Source: Actinomycetota bacterium (GTDB taxonomy: Bacteria; Actinomycetota; UBA4738; HRBIN12). From it: a stretch of 64,000 nucleotides of DNA. The stretch spans positions 18,697 to 82,696 of the forward strand of contig DASTHN010000069.1 in NCBI GenBank assembly GCA_035718185.1, given 5' to 3'. Below the pieces are notes generated by a model, which made no database searches, had not been told where the DNA came from, and saw nothing but the letters and a program-made list of their open reading frames with translations. Shown here piece after piece: positions 27,074 to 34,323 of the stretch. The position numbers were made by a program, and so were the translations under genes. Position 1 is the stretch's first letter. Each line of letters starts with the position of its first letter.

Positions 27074-27943
27074 ATGGCGCGCGAGGACACACCGCTCGAC
27101 CAGGAGACGTTCGATCGGACGCTCGAGGCCGAGCTGGCCAAGGGCACCGACCGCCGGGTCGCCGAGGGCCGCGCCCGTTCCGCCGCGGTCCGTGCCCATC
27201 GCGTGATGACCGGAGAGGGCGGGGCACCAGCTCCGGCAGCCGCAGCGCCCGCCGAGCCGGCGGCCGAGACCCCCGCGCCCGCAGCCGCGCCTGCACCTGC
27301 ACCGACACCGACCGCGGCCCCCGCTCCGGCGGCAGCCCCAGCACCGGCCGCGGCCCCCGCTCCGGCGGCTGCCGCGTCGGCGGTCGCCGCGCCGGCGCGG
27401 GAGGCTCCGGCGCCCACGGGGAACGTCCCCGAGCCGAAGCGCGGCGCGCCCGAGAAGCACCGGCTCCTCGCGCTCGTCCCGCCCGAGGGCATCCAGCGCG
27501 TCGAGCGCGAGCAGGGCGATCGGATCAACGTCTGGCCGCACCTGCTGATCGAGGAGTTCATCGCGCTCCTGGTCCTCTCTGCGGGGATGGTGATCTTCGC
27601 GACCTTCGTGAACGCTCCGCTGCGCGAACTCGCCGACCCGAACCTGACGCCGAACCCCTCGAAGGCACCCTGGTACTTCCTCGGCCTGCAGGAGCTCCTC
27701 CGCTACTTCCACCCGATGGTGGCGGGCATCGTCATCCCGACGTTCATCCTCGTGGGCCTGGCGGCGATCCCCTACATCGACCGCAACCCCAGCACGAAGC
27801 CCGGGGATCGCAAGGTCGCGATCACGCTGTTCACGATGCTGTTCATGTTCGGCGCGACCCTGACGATCATCGGATCCTTCTTCCGCGGCACCGGCTACAA
27901 CTGGGTGTGGCCGTGGGCGCAGGGGGTGTTCTTCGAACTATGA
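27074..27943 (+). CDS. subunit IV-type protein (C-terminal half of a split cytochrome b) with a ~150-aa Ala/Pro-rich N-terminal extension
   Basis: APWYFLGLQELLRYF (PEWY-box equivalent) and 3 TM helices. The ATG at 27074 follows GAGGAGAC. Confidence 0.85.
   Translation: MAREDTPLDQETFDRTLEAELAKGTDRRVAEGRARSAAVRAHRVMTGEGGAPAPAAAAPAEPAAETPAPAAAPAPAPTPTAAPAPAAAPAPAAAPAPAAAASAVAAPAREAPAPTGNVPEPKRGAPEKHRLLALVPPEGIQRVEREQGDRINVWPHLLIEEFIALLVLSAGMVIFATFVNAPLRELADPNLTPNPSKAPWYFLGLQELLRYFHPMVAGIVIPTFILVGLAAIPYIDRNPSTKPGDRKVAITLFTMLFMFGATLTIIGSFFRGTGYNWVWPWAQGVFFEL
27224..27418 (+). repeat. low-complexity Ala/Pro-coding tract containing a 22-bp perfect direct repeat
   Basis: CCGCGGCCCCCGCTCCGGCGGC occurs at 27312..27333 and 27348..27369 (36-nt period), encoding (AAPAPA)n. 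Confidence 0.85.
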
Positions 27944-28665
27944 CCCCTGTCCTCGCCGTCTCCAGCGGCGTCATCGCGGCGATCGTGGCCGTGGTGGTGA
28001 TCGACCTGTTCGCGATCGTGTTCGGCCTGTCGTTCGTTCGCGCCCGCCGTGCGGAGCGGGACGCCGAGGCCGGCCTGCCGGTCGCCGAGGTGACGAAGAC
28101 CTCCAAGCCCGTCTCGCGACGTGACTTCTTCCGCCGGTCCCTCGTCGCGTCGCTCCTGGTGTTCGCCGCGCAGTTCGGTGGCATGACGATCGCCTTCCTG
28201 TGGCCCGCCCTGAAGGGCGGCTTCGGCTCGGTCATCAACGCGGGCAAGATCGAGGACATCAAGGCCTCCATCGCGGCCGACGACGAGCCCTACTACTACG
28301 GCGCCGGTCGCTTCTACATCGTGGCGTACCAGGGCAAGGCCGCCGGCGACGTCAACTACGAGGCCGAGGGCGTCGCGGCGCAGGGCATCATGCCGCTGTA
28401 CCAGCGGTGCGTGCACCTTGGATGCCGGGTGCCTTTCTGCAAGCAGTCCCAGTGGTTCGAGTGCCCATGCCACGGATCGAAGTACAACACCGCCGGCGAG
28501 TACACCCTCGGGCCGGCGCCGCGCGGGCTCGACCGGTTCTCCGTCCAGATCACCGATGCCGGCGACGTCATGGTGGACACGTCCGCCGTCATCCTGGGAC
28601 CGCCGCGCGGGACGGACACCCTGCGCAAGCCCCGATCCGGACCCTTCTGCGTGGCGCCGGGCTGA
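27940..28665 (+). CDS. qcrA: Rieske 2Fe-2S subunit
   Basis: CVHLGC and CPCHGS boxes. Twin-arginine-like SRRDFFRRS. ATGA overlap with the upstream gene. Confidence 0.92.
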   Translation: MTPVLAVSSGVIAAIVAVVVIDLFAIVFGLSFVRARRAERDAEAGLPVAEVTKTSKPVSRRDFFRRSLVASLLVFAAQFGGMTIAFLWPALKGGFGSVINAGKIEDIKASIAADDEPYYYGAGRFYIVAYQGKAAGDVNYEAEGVAAQGIMPLYQRCVHLGCRVPFCKQSQWFECPCHGSKYNTAGEYTLGPAPRGLDRFSVQITDAGDVMVDTSAVILGPPRGTDTLRKPRSGPFCVAPG

Positions 28666-29417
28666 TGCTGGCCCTCACCTCCACCCAGGGCATCATCATC
28701 GCCGGCGTCGGCGTCGCGCTCATCATCGTGGGCGGCGCCGTGGTGGCGGCTCGTGGCCGGCGCCGCGTCGAGACACCCGATATCCCGAACGCGATGCGCC
28801 CCGGACCGTCGGATCCCGACCTGGAGACGCCGCTGCTGCAGAAGCTGCAGGGGTGGGGCGTGCTCCTCGTCGTGTTCTTCATGGTGTGGATCCCGGCCAC
28901 CTGGATCTTCGAGCCCGGCCGGAACCTCTCGCAGGAGGAGCGCCTGCTCGAGGACTCGGTCGGACGGGGCGATGCAGCGGTGCAGGCCTTCACCGAGGAG
29001 AACCAGGGCGGCGTCGGGTGCGTCCGCTGCCACGGCAGCGAGCTGAAGGGCGGCCAGATCCTCGGCGCGGCGACGGGCGACGGCGTCCAGCCCGTCATCA
29101 ACACCCCGAACCTCACCACCGTCTGCGGCGGCCCGTTCACCGGGCACCCGCTGATCTATGGGCTGAAGGACATCTACACCACGATCGAGCAGGGCCGGAA
29201 CCTCATGCCCTCGTGGAGCATCAAGTACGCCGGCGCGCTCACCGACCAGCGCATCAACGACATCGTGAACTACATCGTGTCGATCCAGGACGAGACGCAG
29301 GTCCCGTTCGACAAGAACCTCTGTGTCAACCCGGAGGCGCAGACGGCAGCCGTCGACCAGTTCCTCGACGGTGACCTGTCGAAGAAGCCCTCCCCGACCT
29401 CCAACGTCCAGCTGTGA
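28665..29417 (+). CDS. membrane-anchored monoheme cytochrome c
   Basis: N-terminal TM helices, then the heme motif CVRCH. ATGA overlap with the Rieske stop. Confidence 0.85.
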   Translation: MLALTSTQGIIIAGVGVALIIVGGAVVAARGRRRVETPDIPNAMRPGPSDPDLETPLLQKLQGWGVLLVVFFMVWIPATWIFEPGRNLSQEERLLEDSVGRGDAAVQAFTEENQGGVGCVRCHGSELKGGQILGAATGDGVQPVINTPNLTTVCGGPFTGHPLIYGLKDIYTTIEQGRNLMPSWSIKYAGALTDQRINDIVNYIVSIQDETQVPFDKNLCVNPEAQTAAVDQFLDGDLSKKPSPTSNVQL

Positions 29418-30160
29418 TCGCCGCCGACACCTGCCTGGGCTTCGACGTCGCCTGCGACACGCTGGTCAAGGGCGGCCTATCGGTGGTCATGGGGTTCGTC
29501 CTGTTCCTCGGGTCGGTCCTGCTGCTGGTCTCGGCGGTGTTCGGGCGCAGGATGGGGTACCTGGTGGTCGCGACGGCGTTCTTCGGGTGGATGCTCCTGC
29601 TCTCGGCGCTGTGGACGTTCGGTTTCTGGTCCCAGGGCACCGAGACGCCGACGAACCTCGGACCGCGCGGCGTCGAGCCCGCGTGGGTCGTCGAGGCTGC
29701 CGGCACACAGCCCGAGGCGCCGACCGAGGTGTTCTCGACGTACCCCGACCCTCCCGAGTGGCGGGAGCCGGGGACGAACGAGGCCGACAGCAGCTCCGTG
29801 CAGTCGGTGCAGGGCGCCGTGCAGTCATACCTGGCGCACCAGTTCAACGAGGAGCAGGGGCTCACCGAGTTCGCGCCGGGCGCGGCGCAGACGACCGACT
29901 TCACGGTGCAGGAGATCCGATTCGCGACCGATGGGGATGCGTCGCTCGCCGGGGCCGAGGCCTTCTACAACGGCGGCGGGCCCGTGCTCACCGTCTACCT
30001 CCGGCACGACAGCGGCAGCGTGCCGGTGTACTCATGGTTGTTCATGATCGGGTCGGCGATCGGCCTTGCGGTCCATCTGCCGCTGCTCGACCGCGCCGAG
30101 CGCAAACGCAAGGACGTCCTGACCGGCGGCACCCCGCCGCCCTGGTACGGACCCGCCTAG
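29414..30160 (+). CDS. integral membrane protein of unknown function, operon member
   Basis: ORF track 248 aa. The GTG start overlaps the upstream stop. About 3 TM helices flank a soluble acidic domain. Confidence 0.75.
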   Translation: MIAADTCLGFDVACDTLVKGGLSVVMGFVLFLGSVLLLVSAVFGRRMGYLVVATAFFGWMLLLSALWTFGFWSQGTETPTNLGPRGVEPAWVVEAAGTQPEAPTEVFSTYPDPPEWREPGTNEADSSSVQSVQGAVQSYLAHQFNEEQGLTEFAPGAAQTTDFTVQEIRFATDGDASLAGAEAFYNGGGPVLTVYLRHDSGSVPVYSWLFMIGSAIGLAVHLPLLDRAERKRKDVLTGGTPPPWYGPA

Positions 30161-30166
30161 GAGGAG

Positions 30167-30286
30167 ATGGACGTGCTGGCCGAGACCGTCGTTCCGCTCA
30201 TCGAAGAGGGCAGCGTCCAGTGGATCCTGTTCAGCGTGATGGTGATCGCCGTCTTCATCACGCTGTGGATCACGATCGCCCGCTGA
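30167..30286 (+). CDS. 39-aa single-TM micro-protein (MDVLAETVVPLIEEGSVQWILFSVMVIAVFITLWITIAR)
   Basis: Below the ORF-track size cut-off and found by eye. GGAGGAG sits immediately before the ATG, 6 nt after the upstream stop. Strong GC3 bias. Confidence 0.6.
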   Translation: MDVLAETVVPLIEEGSVQWILFSVMVIAVFITLWITIAR

Positions 30287-30295
30287 GCCTGGCGC

Positions 30296-30979
30296 TCACA
30301 CCTGTGCCAGGTCGGCCACCGACCGCCCGCGTCGCTTGACCTCCGCGAGGGTCGCCTGCCGCTGCTCGTAGTACGTGAGGATCTGCAGCTCGATCGCCAG
30401 GTCGACCTTGCGGACCGAGACGCCGCGCGGGACCGTGAGCATGGCCGGCGCGAAGTTGAGGATCGAGCGGATCCCCGCCGCCACCATCGCCTCGGCCACC
30501 TCCTGCGCCGTCGCCGCCGGCGTGGCGATCACCCCGATCGCCGCCCGGTCCTCGCGAACGATGTCCGGAAGGTCCTCGATCGAGCGGATCGAGAGCCCGT
30601 CGATCGAGTTCCCGATCTTCGCAGGGTCGTTGTCGACCAGGGCCACCGTGCGGAACCCCCGCTCGACGAACCCCCGGTAGTTGGCCAGCGCCTGCCCGAG
30701 GTTCCCGATCCCGGCGATCACGATCGGCCACGCCTGCGTGAGCCCGAGCTCGCGCCGGACCTGGTGGATCAGGTACGCGACGTCATAGCCGACCCCCCGC
30801 GTGCCGTACGAGCCCAGGTGGGAAAGGTCCTTGCGCACCTTGGCCGAGTTGAACCCGGTGGCCTCCGCGAGCGTCTCGGACGACACCGTCGAGGTCCCGC
30901 CCTCCGCCATCTCCACGAGCGCTCGCAGGTACAGGGGCAGACGCCCCACGGTGGCCTCGGGGATGGGGCGGTCGCTCAC
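30296..30979 (-). CDS. rex: redox-sensing transcriptional repressor Rex
   Basis: VGRLPLYLRAL..., a winged-helix N-terminus plus a Rossmann GIGNLGQAL motif. GTG start at 30979. Confidence 0.9.
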   Translation of the reverse strand: MSDRPIPEATVGRLPLYLRALVEMAEGGTSTVSSETLAEATGFNSAKVRKDLSHLGSYGTRGVGYDVAYLIHQVRRELGLTQAWPIVIAGIGNLGQALANYRGFVERGFRTVALVDNDPAKIGNSIDGLSIRSIEDLPDIVREDRAAIGVIATPAATAQEVAEAMVAAGIRSILNFAPAMLTVPRGVSVRKVDLAIELQILTYYEQRQATLAEVKRRGRSVADLAQV

Positions 30980-31043
30980 GCGCGTAGCGTAGCGCGTGGG
31001 CGCCGTCCGTTCACGAATGCGCAAGCGCCGGACCGGGGCCCGA

Positions 31044-31280
31044 TCAGCGTCCCACCGCTGCCGCGAACGCGCGTGGATCCACGCGGATCTCGACGGCCTC
31101 GCACCCGTCCACGAGCACGACCGGGATCCGGATCCCGTACTCCAGCTCGAGGGCGTCGTCGCCCGAGATGTCGACCTCTTCGAACGCGAACGGCGTTCGA
31201 GTCCGCTCGAGCTCGATCACCTCGCGCGCCTCGTCGCACAGGCCGCAGCCCGGCCGCGAGTAGAGCATCACGGAGACCAT
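31044..31280 (-). CDS. glutaredoxin-like small thioredoxin-fold protein
   Basis: 78 aa with a YSRPGCGLCDEA active-site-like motif. Directly upstream of rex on the same strand. Confidence 0.75.
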   Translation of the reverse strand: MVSVMLYSRPGCGLCDEAREVIELERTRTPFAFEEVDISGDDALELEYGIRIPVVLVDGCEAVEIRVDPRAFAAAVGR

Positions 31281-31318
31281 CGGGCGGCCATGGTAGTCGC
31301 GTCTGCTACAACGGGAGC

Positions 31319-31891
31319 GTGCAGGACGGGGACCGGGTCGACCTCGAGCTCCATCGGCACCTCTCCGCGGGTGACCGCGCGGCGTTCGAGGAGCTCTTCC
31401 GCCGGTACGCGGGTGCGGCGTACGGCCTGGCTCGGCGTGTCACGGCGCAGGAGGCCCTGGCTCAGGAGGTCGTGCAGGATGCGTTCCTGGCCCTGTGGCG
31501 GGCGCCCGAGGCCTACGACCCCTCGCGCGGCACCTTCCGCGCGTTCTTCCTCTCGCTCGTCCACCATCGGGCGGTCGACACCGTCCGGCGCGAGGACCGG
31601 CTCCGCAAACGGACGGAGCGCGCCTCGAACCTCGAGCCCGTCGTCGGCGAAGATGTAGCGGAGGGCGTCGTGCGGGAGAACGATCTCGACCTGCGACGCA
31701 AGGAGGTCCTCGAGGCGCTCCGGACGCTGCCGCCCGAGCAGCGACAGGTGCTCGAGATGGCGTACTTCGGAGGCTCGACCCAGGCGGGGATCGCGGAGGA
31801 GCTCGGCATCCCGCTCGGGACCGTGAAGACCAGGACCCTCGCTGCGATGCGAAAGCTCCGGCGGGCGCTCGAACGGGAGGACGAGAGGTGA
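31319..31891 (+). CDS. ECF-type RNA polymerase sigma factor
   Basis: Region 2 (FEELFRRYAGAAYGLARRV...QDAFLALW) and region 4 (QRQVLEMAYFGGSTQAGIAEELGIPLGTVKTR). GTG start. Confidence 0.85.
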   Translation: MQDGDRVDLELHRHLSAGDRAAFEELFRRYAGAAYGLARRVTAQEALAQEVVQDAFLALWRAPEAYDPSRGTFRAFFLSLVHHRAVDTVRREDRLRKRTERASNLEPVVGEDVAEGVVRENDLDLRRKEVLEALRTLPPEQRQVLEMAYFGGSTQAGIAEELGIPLGTVKTRTLAAMRKLRRALEREDER

Positions 31892-32619
31892 CGGACGAGC
31901 ACGAGCGGAACCTCGAGCTCCTCGCGGGGTACGCGTTGATCGCCCTCGAGGGGTCCGATGCCGAGGAGGCCGATCGGCTCCTGTCCGATCACGTCCCGTG
32001 GTGCATCACCTGCCGGGCCGCGCTTGCCGACTTCCGGGACCTGACCGGCGACCTCGGGCTCGCCGCTACCCCCGCCGATCCACCGGATCTCGTGCTCGCG
32101 CGGATCCGGCGCGGGATCGAGGACGTTCCGGTCCGGCGAAGACGCGGTGTCGGGATGGTCGCCCTCGTCGCAAGCGTCGCGGCGCTCCTCGGCATGGCCG
32201 GCTTCTCGCTCTCCCTCGGCGGGCGGGCGACCAGGGCGGAGGCCGAGCGCGGCACCGCGCTCGAGGTCCTGAACGCGATGCGGCAACCGGGGGCGGACCC
32301 GGTCGCCCTCGAGGCGTCGTCCGAGGGGACGGTCGGCCAGCTCGTCGAGATCTCGGGGCCGGGGCTCGAGCACATGTACCTCTACGGGGACGAGGTGCCC
32401 GAGCCCGCCGAGGGCAACGGGTTCCAGCTGTGGCTCGGCAACGGAGGCATCTTCGATCCGGTCGGCGAACCCTTCCTCCCGAGGGCCGGCGTCGTCCTGC
32501 TCCGGCTGACCATCGACCCGTCGCGGTACGACGAGATCCTCATCACCGAGGAGCCCCTCGGCGTCGAGCCCGAGGAGCCCACGGTCGGCGACGGACACAG
32601 CTGGCGCGCGTCGATCTGA
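31888..32619 (+). CDS. zinc-binding anti-sigma factor with an RskA-like extracytoplasmic domain
   Basis: H-x3-C-x2-C motif (HVPWCITC), a central TM helix and a C-terminal RskA-like domain. GTGA overlap with the sigma gene. Confidence 0.75.
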   Translation: MTDEHERNLELLAGYALIALEGSDAEEADRLLSDHVPWCITCRAALADFRDLTGDLGLAATPADPPDLVLARIRRGIEDVPVRRRRGVGMVALVASVAALLGMAGFSLSLGGRATRAEAERGTALEVLNAMRQPGADPVALEASSEGTVGQLVEISGPGLEHMYLYGDEVPEPAEGNGFQLWLGNGGIFDPVGEPFLPRAGVVLLRLTIDPSRYDEILITEEPLGVEPEEPTVGDGHSWRASI

Positions 32620-32639
32620 AGCCCGAGGTCCGCGGTGGC

Positions 32640-33380
32640 TCACGCCGGAGGTTCGGCGGAGGTGAGGCGCGGCTCCGGCGACACGGCCGCCCGCCGGGTG
32701 GCACGCAGGAACCCCCAGAACATGACCGAGATCCCGGTCGCGAGCGTGAGCGAGAAGCCGACCACGTTGCCGCTCAGGGCGAAGGCCGAGCCGGCTGCGA
32801 CGACGGTCGCGCCGATCGCGATCGCCAGGGTGCCGAGGAACCGGTCGCGGAGCTCCGGATGCCTCCGCATCCGCCACGCCGACCACAGCGTCCCCCCGAC
32901 GAGGAACGCGTACGCCGGGAACGCGTAGAGCCGCGCCAGGTCCAGCGCGAGCGTGTCGCCGCTCCACGCGTCGGCACCCCGCGGGAGGTCGGCGACGAGC
33001 GCGGACGTGTCCAGGGGCGCCGTCCGGATCCGCGCCACCGCGAACGCGGTCGCGAACACCAGCAGCACGAGGGCCGGGATCCACACGCGCCGGTCCCGCA
33101 CCAGCAGCAGGAGCTCTCCCGCCGCCAGGTAGGGCACGTTCAGCACGGCCCCGAAGAGCCAGTACAGGCGGTACTCGCCCGCCGTCCACGCATCGAGCAC
33201 GCCGAGGAACAGCGCGAACGACGCCACGGCGTACATCAGGAGCGCGAGCGCCCACAGCAGCTCCGCGGGTCGCCGACGCCCCAGCGAGCGCCGGCCGAGG
33301 GCGCCGGCGAACGCGAGCGCGACCATCGACGCAGCCAGCGGGACGACCCACATGTCGCCGAGCATAGCCCCAGGTCCCAC
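32640..33380 (-). CDS. polytopic membrane protein, unknown function
   Basis: ORF track 246 aa with about 6-7 hydrophobic helices. The start is ambiguous (GTG 33380, ATG 33365 or ATG 33353). Confidence 0.65.
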   Translation of the reverse strand: MGPGAMLGDMWVVPLAASMVALAFAGALGRRSLGRRRPAELLWALALLMYAVASFALFLGVLDAWTAGEYRLYWLFGAVLNVPYLAAGELLLLVRDRRVWIPALVLLVFATAFAVARIRTAPLDTSALVADLPRGADAWSGDTLALDLARLYAFPAYAFLVGGTLWSAWRMRRHPELRDRFLGTLAIAIGATVVAAGSAFALSGNVVGFSLTLATGISVMFWGFLRATRRAAVSPEPRLTSAEPPA

Positions 33381-33413
33381 CGGTGGCGCGGGCTCGGCCG
33401 GTACGATGGCCGC

Positions 33414-34220
33414 ATGGCTGACCTTCCCGGCCCGCGCCTCGCGTGCTCGACCGCATCGATCCTGTCACGGTCCCTGCGCTCGAGCTTCGCGCTGCTCGCC
33501 GACGCGGGGTTCACGGGGGTCGAGATCATGGTCACGAAGGACCCGGCGACCCAGGAACCCGAGACGATCCTCGAGCTCGCCGACGAGTACGGGATGCGGA
33601 TCGACGCGGTCCACGCGCCCTTCCTGCTGGTCACGCGGACCGTCTGGGGCACCGACCCCACCGGGAAGATCGTCCGGGCGACGCGGCTGGCCGAGGAGGT
33701 GGGAGCGCCGATCGTGGTCGTGCACCCCGCCTACCGCTGGCAGACGGGCTACCGGCGATGGCTGGACGAGGAGCTGCCCACGCTGGAGAGCACCGCGGAC
33801 GTCCGCGTCGCCGTGGAGAACATGTTCCCGGTGCGCGTCCGGGGCCGCACGGTCGCGGCGTTCCACGCCTCGCGGTCGCTCGAGGACCTCGAGGGCTTCC
33901 CCGACGTGGTCTTGGACACCAGCCACGCGGCGGTGGCACGCCTGGATCCGGTGGATGCCGCCCGGCGGCTGGCCCCCCGTCTCCGGCATATCCACCTCTC
34001 GAACAACGCCGGGAGGGGATGGGACTCCCACCTGCCGGTCGACGAGGGCGTGCTCGAGCTCGACCGGTTCCTCGACGCCCTGAGCGCGGATGGCTTCGGC
34101 GGCACGGTGTCGCTCGAGCTCGACCTGCGCCGGCACGGCGACGACGAGGGTGCGCTCCGGAAGGCACTCGAGAGGAACCGCGCCTTCTGCGAATCGAACC
34201 TGGCGCTCCGGGACGTCTGA
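33414..34220 (+). CDS. sugar phosphate isomerase/epimerase (xylose isomerase-like TIM barrel) family protein
   Basis: AGFTGVEI...VHAPF...VVVHP...ENM...HLSN... pattern, typical of the AP_endonuc_2 fold. Confidence 0.7.
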   Translation: MADLPGPRLACSTASILSRSLRSSFALLADAGFTGVEIMVTKDPATQEPETILELADEYGMRIDAVHAPFLLVTRTVWGTDPTGKIVRATRLAEEVGAPIVVVHPAYRWQTGYRRWLDEELPTLESTADVRVAVENMFPVRVRGRTVAAFHASRSLEDLEGFPDVVLDTSHAAVARLDPVDAARRLAPRLRHIHLSNNAGRGWDSHLPVDEGVLELDRFLDALSADGFGGTVSLELDLRRHGDDEGALRKALERNRAFCESNLALRDV

Positions 34221-34323
34221 CCCGTCACACCTCTGCCCTCCCGAGGCATAAGGTTGCCGAGAGAGGGAACGGATCGCCCACTTCGGCCGTCCAACGAACA
34301 GGTTCTCTCGAGGGGGGTGTGCT

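Noticed and set aside
30980-31043. A possible autoregulatory Rex operator upstream of rex (gttcacgaatgcgcaag).
   Set aside because: Only one half-site-like TTCAC is present, with no inverted partner at the N4 spacing. rex is probably co-transcribed with the upstream glutaredoxin-like gene, and the short promoter region there (31281-31318) also lacks a site.
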